Shown: positions 44,403 to 55,557 of the stretch, piece after piece
How the letters are laid out: every line of letters begins with the position of its first letter
How positions within the stretch are numbered: the first letter of the stretch is position 1
Origin: an uncultured Acidobacteriota bacterium
Lineage (GTDB): Bacteria; Acidobacteriota; Thermoanaerobaculia; Multivoradales; UBA5704
NCBI GenBank assembly: GCA_963792575.1
Contig: CAWBWZ010000010.1
Span: 285,703 to 349,702, forward strand
Direction of reading: 5' to 3'
DNA length: 64,000 bases
Notes under the pieces: generated by a model
Databases searched by the model: none
Seen by the model: the letters and a program-made list of their open reading frames with translations, nothing else
Told to the model about the DNA's origin: nothing
Translations under genes and position numbers: made by a program

Positions 44403-47400
44403 TCACCACGATCTCCCAACTACCTGGAACACAGCCCAAGCCCGAGGTGAGCGCAGCTCTTCATCGCTGCTCCTCAGCATCGCAATCTGCGCCTCTCGTA
44501 GTGCCTCAGCGGCGTCGCCGCGGGCGAGATAGCGCCGGTGAAATTCAGGGATCAGTTGCGAGGCCACCTCGTCCCCGACGTTCCAAAGAGAGCCGACCAC
44601 CTCTTCAACACCAGCATCCAGGAAGGGCCGTGCCAGACCGGAGACCCCCAGGATGCGTGTATCTTGCGCACCCAGAGACCTGCACGAAGAGAGCACCACC
44701 AGGCGTAGGTTACCGAACCGCCGGCCTGTGATCTCGCGCAGGAAGATCACCCCCCCGCCGGAGGATGAAGCGACGACAAAATAGGAGTTCTCCGGATGTC
44801 GCTCGTTGAAGGTGGAGTGACCGGCCAGATGGAAGATCTCATGACGGTCCAACTCGGCCAGTATACGATCCCGGGTTGCGTCTTTGCCTTGCAGGACCAC
44901 CGGTGAGGTGTAGAGTGGAGCGACACTGCGGATCTCATCTTCCGCGCCAGGTAACGGCAGCAGATCCGGAAAGGCGTTCCGGTCGAAAACCGTCGCCGCA
45001 ACCAGAAAAGCCGAGGGTATCCTTGGATGCCGCTTCTTCACAACTCCAGACTGCGCCAGCCCCGGGGTGATGCGTATCGTTCTCTCTTCGATCAGGAACC
45101 GCCCCGTGTGAGGGTTCCGCAGGGCCGCAAAAGGCAGTATGTTGAGAATCTTATCGGGGATTAGACAGAGCTCTACGTTGCCGGGCAGGGCCGCCACAGT
45201 GGACGGAATCAACATCGAGTAGAGATCCCTCGCCAGCTTGTCGATGCTGTCCGGGTCCTCGCGTCGCTCAATCTCCCCTACGAACCTCCGGATACTGGTC
45301 TCGAAGCGCTCGTCCGTCACGACTTGGGAGTGGCTCTCAATGCGTCCTTGCCAGAGGACCCAGGTTAGTAACCGGTCCTGGACGCGGGCGTACTCGATCA
45401 CAGCCCGATTGCCTGGAAGCTGGCGAGACAGATCCGGGAGCCGCTGCGGAGAGACCGGAGTCAGGCCCCCGAGAGCCAGGGAGCGAGCCCGTTCGGAATA
45501 GCCCAGAGCAGATTCCCGGTCCTGCCTGGCCTCCGCCTGCAGAAGAATCATGCCGTCGTAGAGGCCCTGGGCCACTTCGGAATAGGTGACCTTCGAACCA
45601 ATGTCCGTCAGGAGATCCCTCTGGCTTTCGAAGAGCTCAATGGCCTCGGAGAAGCCGGCCTCCGCCTCGTCGGTCTGTCCAGCTGCCGCGGCTGCCTGGG
45701 CTCGGCCTGAAAGAGCGCCGGCGAGATCGAGATACAATTTCCGATTCTTGTAGAAGTCGATGGCCTGTGCGTAGGCCGGCAATGCCGATGCCGGATCGAT
45801 CTGTCTACGCACCTCTCCTTCAACGTAGGCCAGGTCGGCGCCAAGCCTTTCGCGGAGCGTCACCTCGGCGACGGTTGCATTGATGCGCTGCGCCTTCTCA
45901 AGGTCATAGAGCGCCTTGCGGGGAGCGCGCAAGGCCAGGTGGATCTTGCTCCTCCACAAAAGGGATTCCGCGATGAGCTGCGGCAGCCCCGAGCGCGTTG
46001 TAACCTCGACGTCTTCATCCGCGAACGCGAGCCCGGCCGTTGGCCTGCCATCCTCGATGGCGGCCCACCCACCTTCCCAGAGCACATTGTGGAGCCGGAC
46101 GGAAGATCGGTACGGATGCAGGGCTTTCGCGGCCTGAAACCGGTAACGCCAAGCCGCGCCGCGCTGACCAAGAAAGCGGAGATTCTCCGCGATCAGCTCC
46201 TGGGTGACGCCAACGTTGAAGTCCTCGCCGGCCTTTTCGAATGCGGTAGCCGCCAGGTGGTAGTGGGCCAGAGCCTGGGAGTAGTGCCCTTGACGGATAT
46301 GCGAGACTCCAATCCCTGAGTGAGCCTTTCCCTGCAAAGCCCAGGACCCTCCAGTCTCTCCATCGCGCACAAGGGTTTCGTATCGCTCGATCGCCTCGTC
46401 GTACCGTGCTGATCGAAGATTGACTCCGGCCAACCCGAGCCGGGCCCATTCCTCTGCCGGGCTGCCGCCGCGGCGCAGGTTCTCCCAAGCCGCCTTCAGC
46501 AGCGCCGCGGGTTTATCGGTCTGCTGTTGATTCAGAGCTGCGTATCCCTCCTTATAAGCTACGTGGCCTCTAGCGAGAGCAAGCAAGTCAATCTCCCTGC
46601 CTCTGGACACGGCACGGTCAATAGCAAGCACGGCCCTGGCAACCGAAGTCTCACCGGTTTCGGCGAGCAGCGCTTCTCCCAGGCCGCGGGCGATTGCCAG
46701 GAACTCCGCCGCATCTTGCTTCCTGCTTTCGAGCAGGAGTGTCCCCCAGGCTGGCAAAAGCCTGTCCATGGCTTCCTCTCTGGCATCCTGAGGGGAAAAG
46801 GAGACGATTTCGCGGAGGCTCGCGTTATCACCTCGGAGAATGGCGGCTCGCAACTCCGGCTGCTTTCGTTTCCAGAGTTCCGGCGAGAGAGACCGCCGCA
46901 AGTGCCGCAGGTGGACCCTGGCCTCTTCGGCCCATATGGATTGGTCATCAACCTGTTTTATATAGCTGTCCCAGGCGGTTGTCGCTTGATCGACAAGATA
47001 GAGACGCTCCAGGATCAGTGCGTGATTGAATCGGGCCTCGGGTAGCGCGGGAGCGAGCCTGAGAGCCTCTCTGACATCCGCAAGGGCAAGGACCAGGCCA
47101 GCGGGATCGTCCCTCTCCTCGGCCAACGCAACGTGGGCAGCCGCGAGGTCACTGAAGGCGCGCGCATTCCCCGGCCTCGTTCGGGCGGTCTTCTCAAACG
47201 ACTCGACGACCTGTTCCAGAGTTTTTTCGTTCCTCCCATGGGCCAGGAGGAGATTCAAGCCATCTGCATACCAATCCTCGTCCAGCTCTCCGCGCTGGGC
47301 TTCCTTTGCTTTAGCGATCTTGCGGAGGGTCTTGGCCTCAGTCCGATCAGCAGGGGGCGAGCACCGCATCCGGGGCAACAGACGCTCCGGCTCGTCCAAC

Positions 47401-47582
47401 CGCTCACAGCGCGCGTGTCCGCCCCCCACCAGCCGGGCTTCCAGCGGCCGGCGCTTCCCGAGCACTACAGCCAACTCTGCCCTTCCGGATCCCCGTTCGG
47501 AGTCGTAAGCGCGGATGACTCTCCAAGAGACGAAACCCGAAATACCGAGCAGGAGCGCCACAAACCACCAGAAACGCCTCAT
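44403..47582 (-). CDS. TM - TPR - CHAT (caspase-like) protease
   Basis: N-terminal TM; TPRs; LPFAAL, LPGAEDE, catalytic FHLAGHS and VVLSSC, VVGSLWNV, ALREAQ, WAVF. Confidence 0.9.
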   Translation of the reverse strand: MRRFWWFVALLLGISGFVSWRVIRAYDSERGSGRAELAVVLGKRRPLEARLVGGGHARCERLDEPERLLPRMRCSPPADRTEAKTLRKIAKAKEAQRGELDEDWYADGLNLLLAHGRNEKTLEQVVESFEKTARTRPGNARAFSDLAAAHVALAEERDDPAGLVLALADVREALRLAPALPEARFNHALILERLYLVDQATTAWDSYIKQVDDQSIWAEEARVHLRHLRRSLSPELWKRKQPELRAAILRGDNASLREIVSFSPQDAREEAMDRLLPAWGTLLLESRKQDAAEFLAIARGLGEALLAETGETSVARAVLAIDRAVSRGREIDLLALARGHVAYKEGYAALNQQQTDKPAALLKAAWENLRRGGSPAEEWARLGLAGVNLRSARYDEAIERYETLVRDGETGGSWALQGKAHSGIGVSHIRQGHYSQALAHYHLAATAFEKAGEDFNVGVTQELIAENLRFLGQRGAAWRYRFQAAKALHPYRSSVRLHNVLWEGGWAAIEDGRPTAGLAFADEDVEVTTRSGLPQLIAESLLWRSKIHLALRAPRKALYDLEKAQRINATVAEVTLRERLGADLAYVEGEVRRQIDPASALPAYAQAIDFYKNRKLYLDLAGALSGRAQAAAAAGQTDEAEAGFSEAIELFESQRDLLTDIGSKVTYSEVAQGLYDGMILLQAEARQDRESALGYSERARSLALGGLTPVSPQRLPDLSRQLPGNRAVIEYARVQDRLLTWVLWQGRIESHSQVVTDERFETSIRRFVGEIERREDPDSIDKLARDLYSMLIPSTVAALPGNVELCLIPDKILNILPFAALRNPHTGRFLIEERTIRITPGLAQSGVVKKRHPRIPSAFLVAATVFDRNAFPDLLPLPGAEDEIRSVAPLYTSPVVLQGKDATRDRILAELDRHEIFHLAGHSTFNERHPENSYFVVASSSGGGVIFLREITGRRFGNLRLVVLSSCRSLGAQDTRILGVSGLARPFLDAGVEEVVGSLWNVGDEVASQLIPEFHRRYLARGDAAEALREAQIAMLRSSDEELRSPRAWAVFQVVGRSW

Positions 47583-47713
47583 CAGACCGGCAAACCCTCC
47601 TTCCCGACGCAGAAGCGGGAAGCCTTTGGGATCTCGTATTGACCTTCATACTATCACGGAGGGAGGGAGCGGCAACGGGCCCGCCCAGGCGTGCCGGGCG
47701 GGCCAATGCAGGG

Positions 47714-48883
47714 TCAAACGACTATGGAAGGAATGCAGCATGCATTGCCGGTGGGAACTAAAGCCGGGTTCCTCGCTCGGCGGCAATTGTTCAGTGTGTT
47801 CCGGCTCGGATTGGGAGAACTCGGCGAGTTGCTCGGGTCGAGCACGGTTCCAGGATCGGCGGTCCATAGAGGCGAAACAGTGGACGCACCGGGATGCCGC
47901 CCAGCCAGGACGTGTCCCAATTCGTGCGCCAAGAGATTGGGATTGCCGGAGTTTCGATTCGTCATGACCACCTTGGCTTGCAGGTGCCCTGGGCTCGAGG
48001 TCGATCCACCTCCGTCGGAAGGAATACCATTCACCAGAAAGACTTCGATGCCGGCGAGGTCCGACCCGGTGGGCAGTGCCTGACGAATCCTCTCAGGGTC
48101 CGAGCTGTCCTTTAGATCGGCATCGTCGATAAAACGGAGCGGCTCGGATTCCAACTGAAGGCAGCAAGAGCCCCAGATCGCTTTGGCTGCGTTGAGTTGC
48201 CCGTTCCATGAGGTTCCGGAGTGCAGAGCATCGTTAGGACCGTCTCGGAAAGCGAACGGCCTGAGCGTCAGCACACGCCGTTCAGATTTCCGCCCCATAG
48301 GACAACTTGGAGCCGGAGCCTGACTGAGAGCCGCAAGCGGCGGAATCGCCGAAGACGGCAGCCGGATGTCAGAAATCCAACCCAGGCCTCCCTCTATATA
48401 AGAGAGCTCCAGATCTGAGGACAGAACGATCAATCCAGGCCTCCGAGGATCGGCCTGGCCGTCTTCTTCTGCGAGGCTCGCTCTCAGCCGTCCACGGAAA
48501 CGCTCTGTCGGCGGCTCAAACAGACCAGGATCAGTTTCTTCAAGCCCCAAGACGTTCTCGATGGCGTCATAGAGCACGTCCGCCCTGAAGTCCATGTCCA
48601 GCGACCACTTTCCTCCGGGTAGAGGCAGAAATTCACCCACTCCTGAGATCCCGCTGATGCTGAGCCTGCCGGTCTGTCCGTGAGTCGTAGAAATGCTCTT
48701 ACTTGCCATCCCGAACCATGTCAAATCGAACTGCACTCTATGACTTTCTAATTCCATGGGCCAGACCGAGAAATCACCCCGAAAGTTCTGTTGGCCTGAG
48801 CCAGAAACGCCGGAGCTTTGACTCCCAAGTCTCAAAAGGAGACTTCGCCCTTCGGAAAGTCTCTCGACCAGGTCCCCGCTCAT
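47714..48883 (-). CDS. Hypothetical protein with C-terminal zincin motif (HELGHVLAGRH)
   Basis: LAHELGH HExxH motif with third His; 4-bp overlap with upstream gene. Confidence 0.65.
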   Translation of the reverse strand: MSGDLVERLSEGRSLLLRLGSQSSGVSGSGQQNFRGDFSVWPMELESHRVQFDLTWFGMASKSISTTHGQTGRLSISGISGVGEFLPLPGGKWSLDMDFRADVLYDAIENVLGLEETDPGLFEPPTERFRGRLRASLAEEDGQADPRRPGLIVLSSDLELSYIEGGLGWISDIRLPSSAIPPLAALSQAPAPSCPMGRKSERRVLTLRPFAFRDGPNDALHSGTSWNGQLNAAKAIWGSCCLQLESEPLRFIDDADLKDSSDPERIRQALPTGSDLAGIEVFLVNGIPSDGGGSTSSPGHLQAKVVMTNRNSGNPNLLAHELGHVLAGRHPGASTVSPLWTADPGTVLDPSNSPSSPNPSRNTLNNCRRARNPALVPTGNACCIPSIVV

Positions 48884-49863
48884 CGCTGGCTCCTCCTCTC
48901 CTCGGTCCGGGAGGATTGAGCAGGGAACTTCTGGGACGATCGGAGAACAAGCCCATCCGGGAGGAAGCGATCCAAGTCGAAAAAGGCGTTCGCCCCCTGA
49001 GCCGGAATACAGTTGATGGCTTGCCCGTTTCCGCTCTCGATCTCATCAGGAATCGGCTGGGGGACCGGAAAAGGGAGTCCCCTCAATTGGGTCCGCAAGT
49101 CCATCTGCACCTCGTCGCTGAGCAGCCTGTAGTACCAACGGAAATCATTGTCGACTGAGCGTTCATTACCCGTCGTCTCCCAGCGCAGAGGATTATCGTC
49201 ACAGAGGTTGGCGATGGTTATCGTCACCTCTCCATTCTGGCTGCGGTCGAAGACCCATCTCACCGGCTCACCACCGTCGAAAGGCGTGGCGATCACATCG
49301 ACTTGCTCGAGATCGGGAAGCTCCAGGATCACTTCGTGGCTCAAGGCAGGATCCAAAACACGACCGGAGAGTGTCGGAGGGAAGACCCATTTGACAGTCT
49401 TCGGATTGTGCGAGAGAACTCCCTCATGCAGAAGAATCTGGGCCAGGACCGTCTTCGGTGGATATTCCCCCAGGATACTGGGGTCCACCTCGGAATGCTT
49501 TGGGACAATCATGTCGAGCTTCGCAATACGGTTGATCCCGGTATTGACGAGCGGAAAGGTCTCCCGCCTGCGGTCGACAGGCACGGCCTGGAAAGTCACA
49601 CGATGACGATCCAGGTACCAGATAGCGTCCGCATCGTTAGGCAGCAAAGTGTTGGGTTCCACCGCGGCGAGTTGATTGACCTTGAATTGCATGAAGCCGC
49701 GATGGCGTTTCAAAGGTTGGCCATCAAGGCTTTCTCCAAGTCTTAAGAGATTGTTACTCCTGCCGTCGGGCAGGACAATACATATGCGCCCTCTCTTGCT
49801 TTCATCCGCGTTGCGGATGAGAGCACAAACTCCGGTAAAAACAACACGCAGCTTGAATGCCAT
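48880..49863 (-). CDS. Hypothetical beta-rich protein upstream of the CHAT gene
   Basis: Long ORF; RBS AAAGGA before MAFKLRVVFTGVCALI; no recognisable domain. Confidence 0.65.
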   Translation of the reverse strand: MAFKLRVVFTGVCALIRNADESKRGRICIVLPDGRSNNLLRLGESLDGQPLKRHRGFMQFKVNQLAAVEPNTLLPNDADAIWYLDRHRVTFQAVPVDRRRETFPLVNTGINRIAKLDMIVPKHSEVDPSILGEYPPKTVLAQILLHEGVLSHNPKTVKWVFPPTLSGRVLDPALSHEVILELPDLEQVDVIATPFDGGEPVRWVFDRSQNGEVTITIANLCDDNPLRWETTGNERSVDNDFRWYYRLLSDEVQMDLRTQLRGLPFPVPQPIPDEIESGNGQAINCIPAQGANAFFDLDRFLPDGLVLRSSQKFPAQSSRTEERRSQR

Positions 49864-50077
49864 AGCGCAATCCTTTCTGAGAGTGTCTTGATGGATCATC
49901 GTCAATGCGTTCATCTATCAATTGCTACTCCGCGAAACGGGATGAAGCTTGTTTCGGTCACTCTTTTAGACGGACAGAGCAGGAGGGATTCCGCGGGTTA
50001 GGGGAGAGTCGTCGGCGGGCGCGGTTGACCGTAGTTGAAGAAAACTTTGTTATGTCCATTTCTCTCTGAAACCGACA

Positions 50078-50223
50078 GCTCCCGCAGCGCCCCCTGGGTC
50101 GCCCGCACCCAGGCCCCGTTCCGCGCCTGCCCCGACTGCGGCCGCGTCTACTGGCGCGGCACCCACGTCCGGCGCATGCTGGCGCAGCTGGACGAGATGA
50201 CCCGGCCCGGAGAATCCGGATAG
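50078..50223 (+). pseudogene. 3' remnant of a Mut7-C (DUF82) RNase-domain gene
   Basis: PWVARTQAPFRACPDCGRVYWRGTHVRRM matches the Mut7-C C-terminal zinc-ribbon half; the N-terminal part is absent. Confidence 0.65.
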
Positions 50224-50326
50224 AATGGCCAGACAGCGACATATATTTCTATCGATCGACAATATGGATATGGACCGCCGCCGAATCCGAAACTCCCCTC
50301 CGCCTGACCGTTCCTAGATAGCCTGT

Positions 50327-51573
<1,247 letters not shown>

Positions 51574-51577
<4 letters not shown>

Positions 51578-52392
51578 TTCACCCACGGCCCCTTGCGCAC
51601 GTTCGGGCCGCCGCCCCGATTGTCCCCCTGGATCACCGTGAACCCCCGCTTCCGCCGCGCGCGGTCGAGCTTGCGCTGGATCCACCATTTCTCCAGGCGC
51701 AGCCGCATCTCGCGCAGCGTCCGCTTGCCGCCGCGCATCGAGCCGCTCGAACGGACGTAGAGGTAGGAGAGCCCGACCGCCGTGCAGATCCCCAGGAAGC
51801 CCGGGAGGTCGCGCGAGAAGAGGAAGGCCATGAAGGCGAAGAGGATCTCGACCGCCAGCATCCAGCGCGCCGGGACCGGCAGGACGAAGAAGAGGTAGAT
51901 CGTGGCGTCGCGGTGAGCGGTGCCGAAGGCGGCGATGAAGATCGCCGTCATCATCCACTGCCCCTGCATGATCGAGAACGCGGTGGGGACCGCCAGCGTC
52001 CCCGTGAGCGTGAGCAGCGCGTGGACGCCGACCGCCACCAGCGCCGCCCCGATCGAGCTCCACAGGATCAGCTGCCAGAAGTGCCGCCGGTAGAGCCCCA
52101 TATACGCGTCGCGGGCGAACATGTAGAGGATCAGCAGGTTGAGCAGGAACCAGATCCCCGATCCCGCGGCGCCGATGAACGGATAGGTGACGATCTGCCA
52201 GACCCACCCCCACCGCCAGACCGCGGGCGTGAGCTCCAGCAGCCTCGGCACGATCGCCGTCGACTCGAAGAAGCGCAGCGAGAAGGTAACGAACAGGACG
52301 GCGAGGATGACCAGCACGTCCCGGGGAGCGGGCCCCCCCAGGCCGAAGCTGCCCATGTCCAGCCGCGCGGGGGGCGGATTGCGGGTTACCAC
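51574..52392 (-). CDS. Rhomboid-like / DUF1751 membrane protein (probably inactive)
   Basis: WVWQIVTYPF, multiple TMs, FFVLPV; GxS catalytic motif not evident. Confidence 0.65.
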
Positions 52393-52440
52393 GGCGTTGT
52401 TCCTCTCACCCGGTCATCTTACTCCAGGGGTGTTTCCGGC

Positions 52441-53754
52441 CTACGCCGGCAAAAACGCGTAGCGCAGCACGAACAGCACCGCCAGCGCGTACATCAGCCA
52501 ATGCACCTCGCGCCCGCGCCGGGCGGCCAGCTTGGTTAGCGCGTAGACGATGATCCCCGCCGCCAGGCCGTGCGAGATGTTGAAGGTCAGCGGCATCAGA
52601 AGAGCGGTGAAGAAGGCCGGCGCCGCTTCCGTCATGTCCGACCAGTCGATCTCCTTGACGGCGCGCACCATCAGCGTCCCCACCAGGATCAGGGCCGGCG
52701 CCGTGATCGGCGTCAGGCCGGCCGCGTCGGCGTGGCTGATCAGGCCGACCAGCGGCGTGAGGAAAAGCGAGAGGAGCAGGAGCGCCCCGGTGACCAGGCT
52801 GGCGAGCCCGGTCCGCGCTCCCACCCCGATCCCCGAGCCGCTCTCGATGTAGGCGGTCACCGGCGAGGTGCCGAACAGCGCGCCGCCTACCATCCCCAGG
52901 GCGTCGACGGTGAGCGCCCGGCCGATCCGCGGCAGTTCGCCGCCGCGCAGCAGGCCCGCCTGGTGCGCCAGCCCCATCAGCGTCCCCAGAGTGTCGAAGA
53001 GCGCGAAGAAAAGGAGCACCAGCATCAGCGGCAGGTACTGGACCCGCAGCGCTCCCAGAATATCGATCTGCAGCCCCGGCAGCGCGAAATCCGGCGCCGA
53101 GACGAGCGCGGCCGGCATTGCCATCTGGCCTGTGGCAAGGGCGGCGATCAGGGTCGCTGCGAGCCCCCAGAAGATCGCGGTGCTCACTCCGGCCGCCATC
53201 AGGATCAGCGATACCGCGAGGCCGAACAGCGTCAGCAGAGCGGCCGGCGACCGCAGATCCCCGAGCGCGACCAGGGTGTTCTTGTCCGCGCGCACGAGGC
53301 CGCCGTGCTGGAGACCGATGAAGGCGATGAACAGGCCGATCCCCACCGCCCCCGCGAGCTTGATCACCTCCGGCACCGCCCCCACCAGCACCCTCCGGGC
53401 GCCGGTCGCGGTGAGCAGAAGGAAGACGATCCCCGCCCAGAACACCAGCCCCAGCGCCACCTGCCACGGCACTCCCGCTCCGATACAGATGCCATAGGCG
53501 AAAAAGGCGTTCATCCCCATCCCCGGAGCCAGCGCGATCGGGTAGTTGGCCACGAAGGCCATGAGCAGCGTCGCGAAGGCGGCGGAGAGGGCGGTCGCCA
53601 GGATCGCTCCCTGCAGCGGCATCCCGGCGGCGACGAGGAAGACCGGGTTCACCGCCAGGATGTAGGCCATGGTGAGAAACGTCGTCACTCCGCCGAGGAT
53701 CTCCCTCCCTGGCGTCGACCCGGCCGCGCGGACGTGGAAGATGCGTTCGAGCAT
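52441..53754 (-). CDS. NCS2/AzgA family purine permease
   Basis: TTFLTMAYILAVNP, APGMGMNAFF, FDTLGT, TAYIES, GARTGL. Confidence 0.92.
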   Translation of the reverse strand: MLERIFHVRAAGSTPGREILGGVTTFLTMAYILAVNPVFLVAAGMPLQGAILATALSAAFATLLMAFVANYPIALAPGMGMNAFFAYGICIGAGVPWQVALGLVFWAGIVFLLLTATGARRVLVGAVPEVIKLAGAVGIGLFIAFIGLQHGGLVRADKNTLVALGDLRSPAALLTLFGLAVSLILMAAGVSTAIFWGLAATLIAALATGQMAMPAALVSAPDFALPGLQIDILGALRVQYLPLMLVLLFFALFDTLGTLMGLAHQAGLLRGGELPRIGRALTVDALGMVGGALFGTSPVTAYIESGSGIGVGARTGLASLVTGALLLLSLFLTPLVGLISHADAAGLTPITAPALILVGTLMVRAVKEIDWSDMTEAAPAFFTALLMPLTFNISHGLAAGIIVYALTKLAARRGREVHWLMYALAVLFVLRYAFLPA

Positions 53755-53799
53755 GTGGGGGATAGTTTACGCCGGAGCGTGACGTAGTGATTCCCCCGG

Positions 53800-53941
53800 C
53801 CCCGCCCGGGCATCAATGACCGGGCTACATCTCAAACGAAAAGCCGGGTGAACCCGGCTCAAAGGCCGCCCGCAAGGTTTGAGCCGGCTTCAGCCGGCTT
53901 TTTGGTTCCTGCGTAGCCCGGGCATTGATGCCCGGGCGGGG
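53800..53941. repeat. REP-doublet palindrome
   Basis: CCCGCCCGGGCATCAATGACCGGGCTAC ... GTAGCCCGGGCATTGATGCCCGGGCGGG with inner AGCCGG hairpins. Confidence 0.8.
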
Positions 53942-53993
53942 GTGAGGACCCAACCTGTGCTAGCGTTCCCCCCTCGGAGGGCTAAAACGCCTA

Positions 53994-54764
53994 ATGAGCA
54001 CCTTCGACGAATCGAAGCACCCCGAAACCGGCGATCCCTACTTCCTCTCCACCAAGACCATCGCTCCGGAAGATCGGCTGATCTTCGCCCTCGACGTGCC
54101 GACGATCGAGGAGGCCAAGCGTCTGGTCGAGACCCTGTCCGACGCGGTCCAGTTCTACAAGGTCGGGCTCGAGCTGCTGGGCACCGGCGGCTACTTCGAG
54201 CTGATCGAGTGGCTGGTCGAGCGGGAGAAGAAGGTCTTCGCCGACCTCAAGCTGTTCGACGTCCCCGAGACCGTGCGCTCCGCCGTGCGCCGGCTGCGCG
54301 AGTGGCCGATCACGCTCACCACCGTGCACGCCGGCAGCGCCGCCATCCTGGAGGCCGCCTGCCGGGAGAAGGGGAACCTTCAGATCCTCGCCGTCACCGT
54401 GCTGACCAGCCTGAGCCAGGAAGACCTGCGGGATATGGGGATCCAGACCGAGGTCCACGATCTGGTACTCGCACGCGCCCGGCAGGCGGTCGAGCTCGGC
54501 TGCGACGGCGTGGTCGCCTCGGGGCTGGAGGCGCACGCCCTGCGCGCGAGCCTGGGACCGCAGCCGCTGATCGTCACCCCCGGCATCCGCCCCGCCGAGA
54601 ACCGGCCGGCGGACGATCAGAAGCGGGTGGTCACTGTCGAGCAGGCCCTCCGCAACGGCGCCGACTACATCGTCGTCGGCCGCCCGATCCGCAACGCCGC
54701 CGACCCCTACGAGGCGGCGCTGCAGATCCAGGGGACGATCGAGGGGCTGTTCCTCTCCGGCTAG
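53994..54764 (+). CDS. pyrF: Orotidine 5'-phosphate decarboxylase
   Basis: FALD, KVGLEL, DLKLFDVPETV, VTVLTS, TPGIR, DDQKR, VVGRPI. Confidence 0.95.
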   Translation: MSTFDESKHPETGDPYFLSTKTIAPEDRLIFALDVPTIEEAKRLVETLSDAVQFYKVGLELLGTGGYFELIEWLVEREKKVFADLKLFDVPETVRSAVRRLREWPITLTTVHAGSAAILEAACREKGNLQILAVTVLTSLSQEDLRDMGIQTEVHDLVLARARQAVELGCDGVVASGLEAHALRASLGPQPLIVTPGIRPAENRPADDQKRVVTVEQALRNGADYIVVGRPIRNAADPYEAALQIQGTIEGLFLSG

Positions 54765-54779
54765 ACCCGCGATGAAAAG

Positions 54780-54812
54780 AGCCACGGGCCCTCCCGCCAG
54801 AGGGCTTGTGGC
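54780..54812. terminator. Hairpin between convergent genes
   Basis: GCCACGGGCCCTC-ccgcca-GAGGGCTTGTGGC, preceded by an A-run (U-tail on minus strand). Confidence 0.6.
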
Positions 54813-54858
54813 GGATATGGTCATTCAGTTGTCAAAGAGCGCACAACTCCCGGCCTGA

Positions 54859-55260
54859 CTACACGCCGGGCTTCGCGACCGGGCCGGTTCCCGGCGGCCC
54901 ACCTCCCTCCGGCGGCTTCACCACCGGATCCTTCTTGCTGCGGCGCCGGAAGGGGGGGATGCCGAACTCCACCAGCTTGTCGCTGCGGTTCCCGTAGTGC
55001 TCCCGGAGGCCGGTGCGCAGGAAGGTCGTCAGCTTCTTGCCATTCGCCAGCGCCAGCCGGAGACCCTGAGAGGCGATCTGCTTGTTGGCGGCATGGAGGT
55101 CCTGCTGCATGGCGAGAGAGCGCACCTGTTCCAGGAACCCCTGGAGCTTCGCCCGCGGCGCCTCCAGATGGGGAAGCTCGGCGGTGTTGACCGCCAGCGT
55201 GTTGAGAAGGTGCTCCCACTCGGTGACGAAATCGGAATAACGCTTCTGCTGCTTGGCCAT
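54859..55260 (-). CDS. Small all-alpha hypothetical protein with basic C-terminal tail (133 aa)
   Basis: RBS AAGGAGA; amphipathic helices; ...HYGNRSDKLVEFGIPPFRRRSKK. Confidence 0.75.
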   Translation of the reverse strand: MAKQQKRYSDFVTEWEHLLNTLAVNTAELPHLEAPRAKLQGFLEQVRSLAMQQDLHAANKQIASQGLRLALANGKKLTTFLRTGLREHYGNRSDKLVEFGIPPFRRRSKKDPVVKPPEGGGPPGTGPVAKPGV

Positions 55261-55526
55261 GATCTTTCTCCTTGAAAGGCCCAACTTGGTTGACCCGGAT
55301 TCCCGTCCGGGCAGTCCGGCGCGCGGCGCGCCCGGGGAACACCCCCAGGATCAGCGCTCGAGCCGGTAAATGCGATACTGCGTGCAAACATCCTCCTGAT
55401 GGGACTCGTCCCCGGGTCCTGTACACCTTCCTTTCCTGGCGGATTGTTTAGACAGCTAGCTGTTAATTCCGCCTAACTTTTCTGCTGCACCTTGGTTAGT
55501 GTGGCTGTTTACGTCATGATGGTGCT

Positions 55527-55557
55527 ATTATAGGCACCAGCCGGCGCGCCCTGTCAA
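55527..55557 (-). promoter_or_regulatory. Consensus sigma70 promoter, TTGACA-19bp-TATAAT
   Basis: Plus strand ATTATA at 55527-55532 and TGTCAA at 55552-55557. Confidence 0.7.

Larger units (their letters stand above)
44289..50075. mobile_element. Putative lower-GC genomic islet between tRNA-Glu and a truncated gene
   Basis: Visible drop in GC and codon bias right after the tRNA CCA, return near 50075; no integrase or att duplicate seen. Confidence 0.45.

Noticed and set aside
44289-50075. Prophage or integrative element at tRNA-Glu
   Set aside because: No integrase, phage genes or attR duplicate visible; kept only as a low-confidence islet
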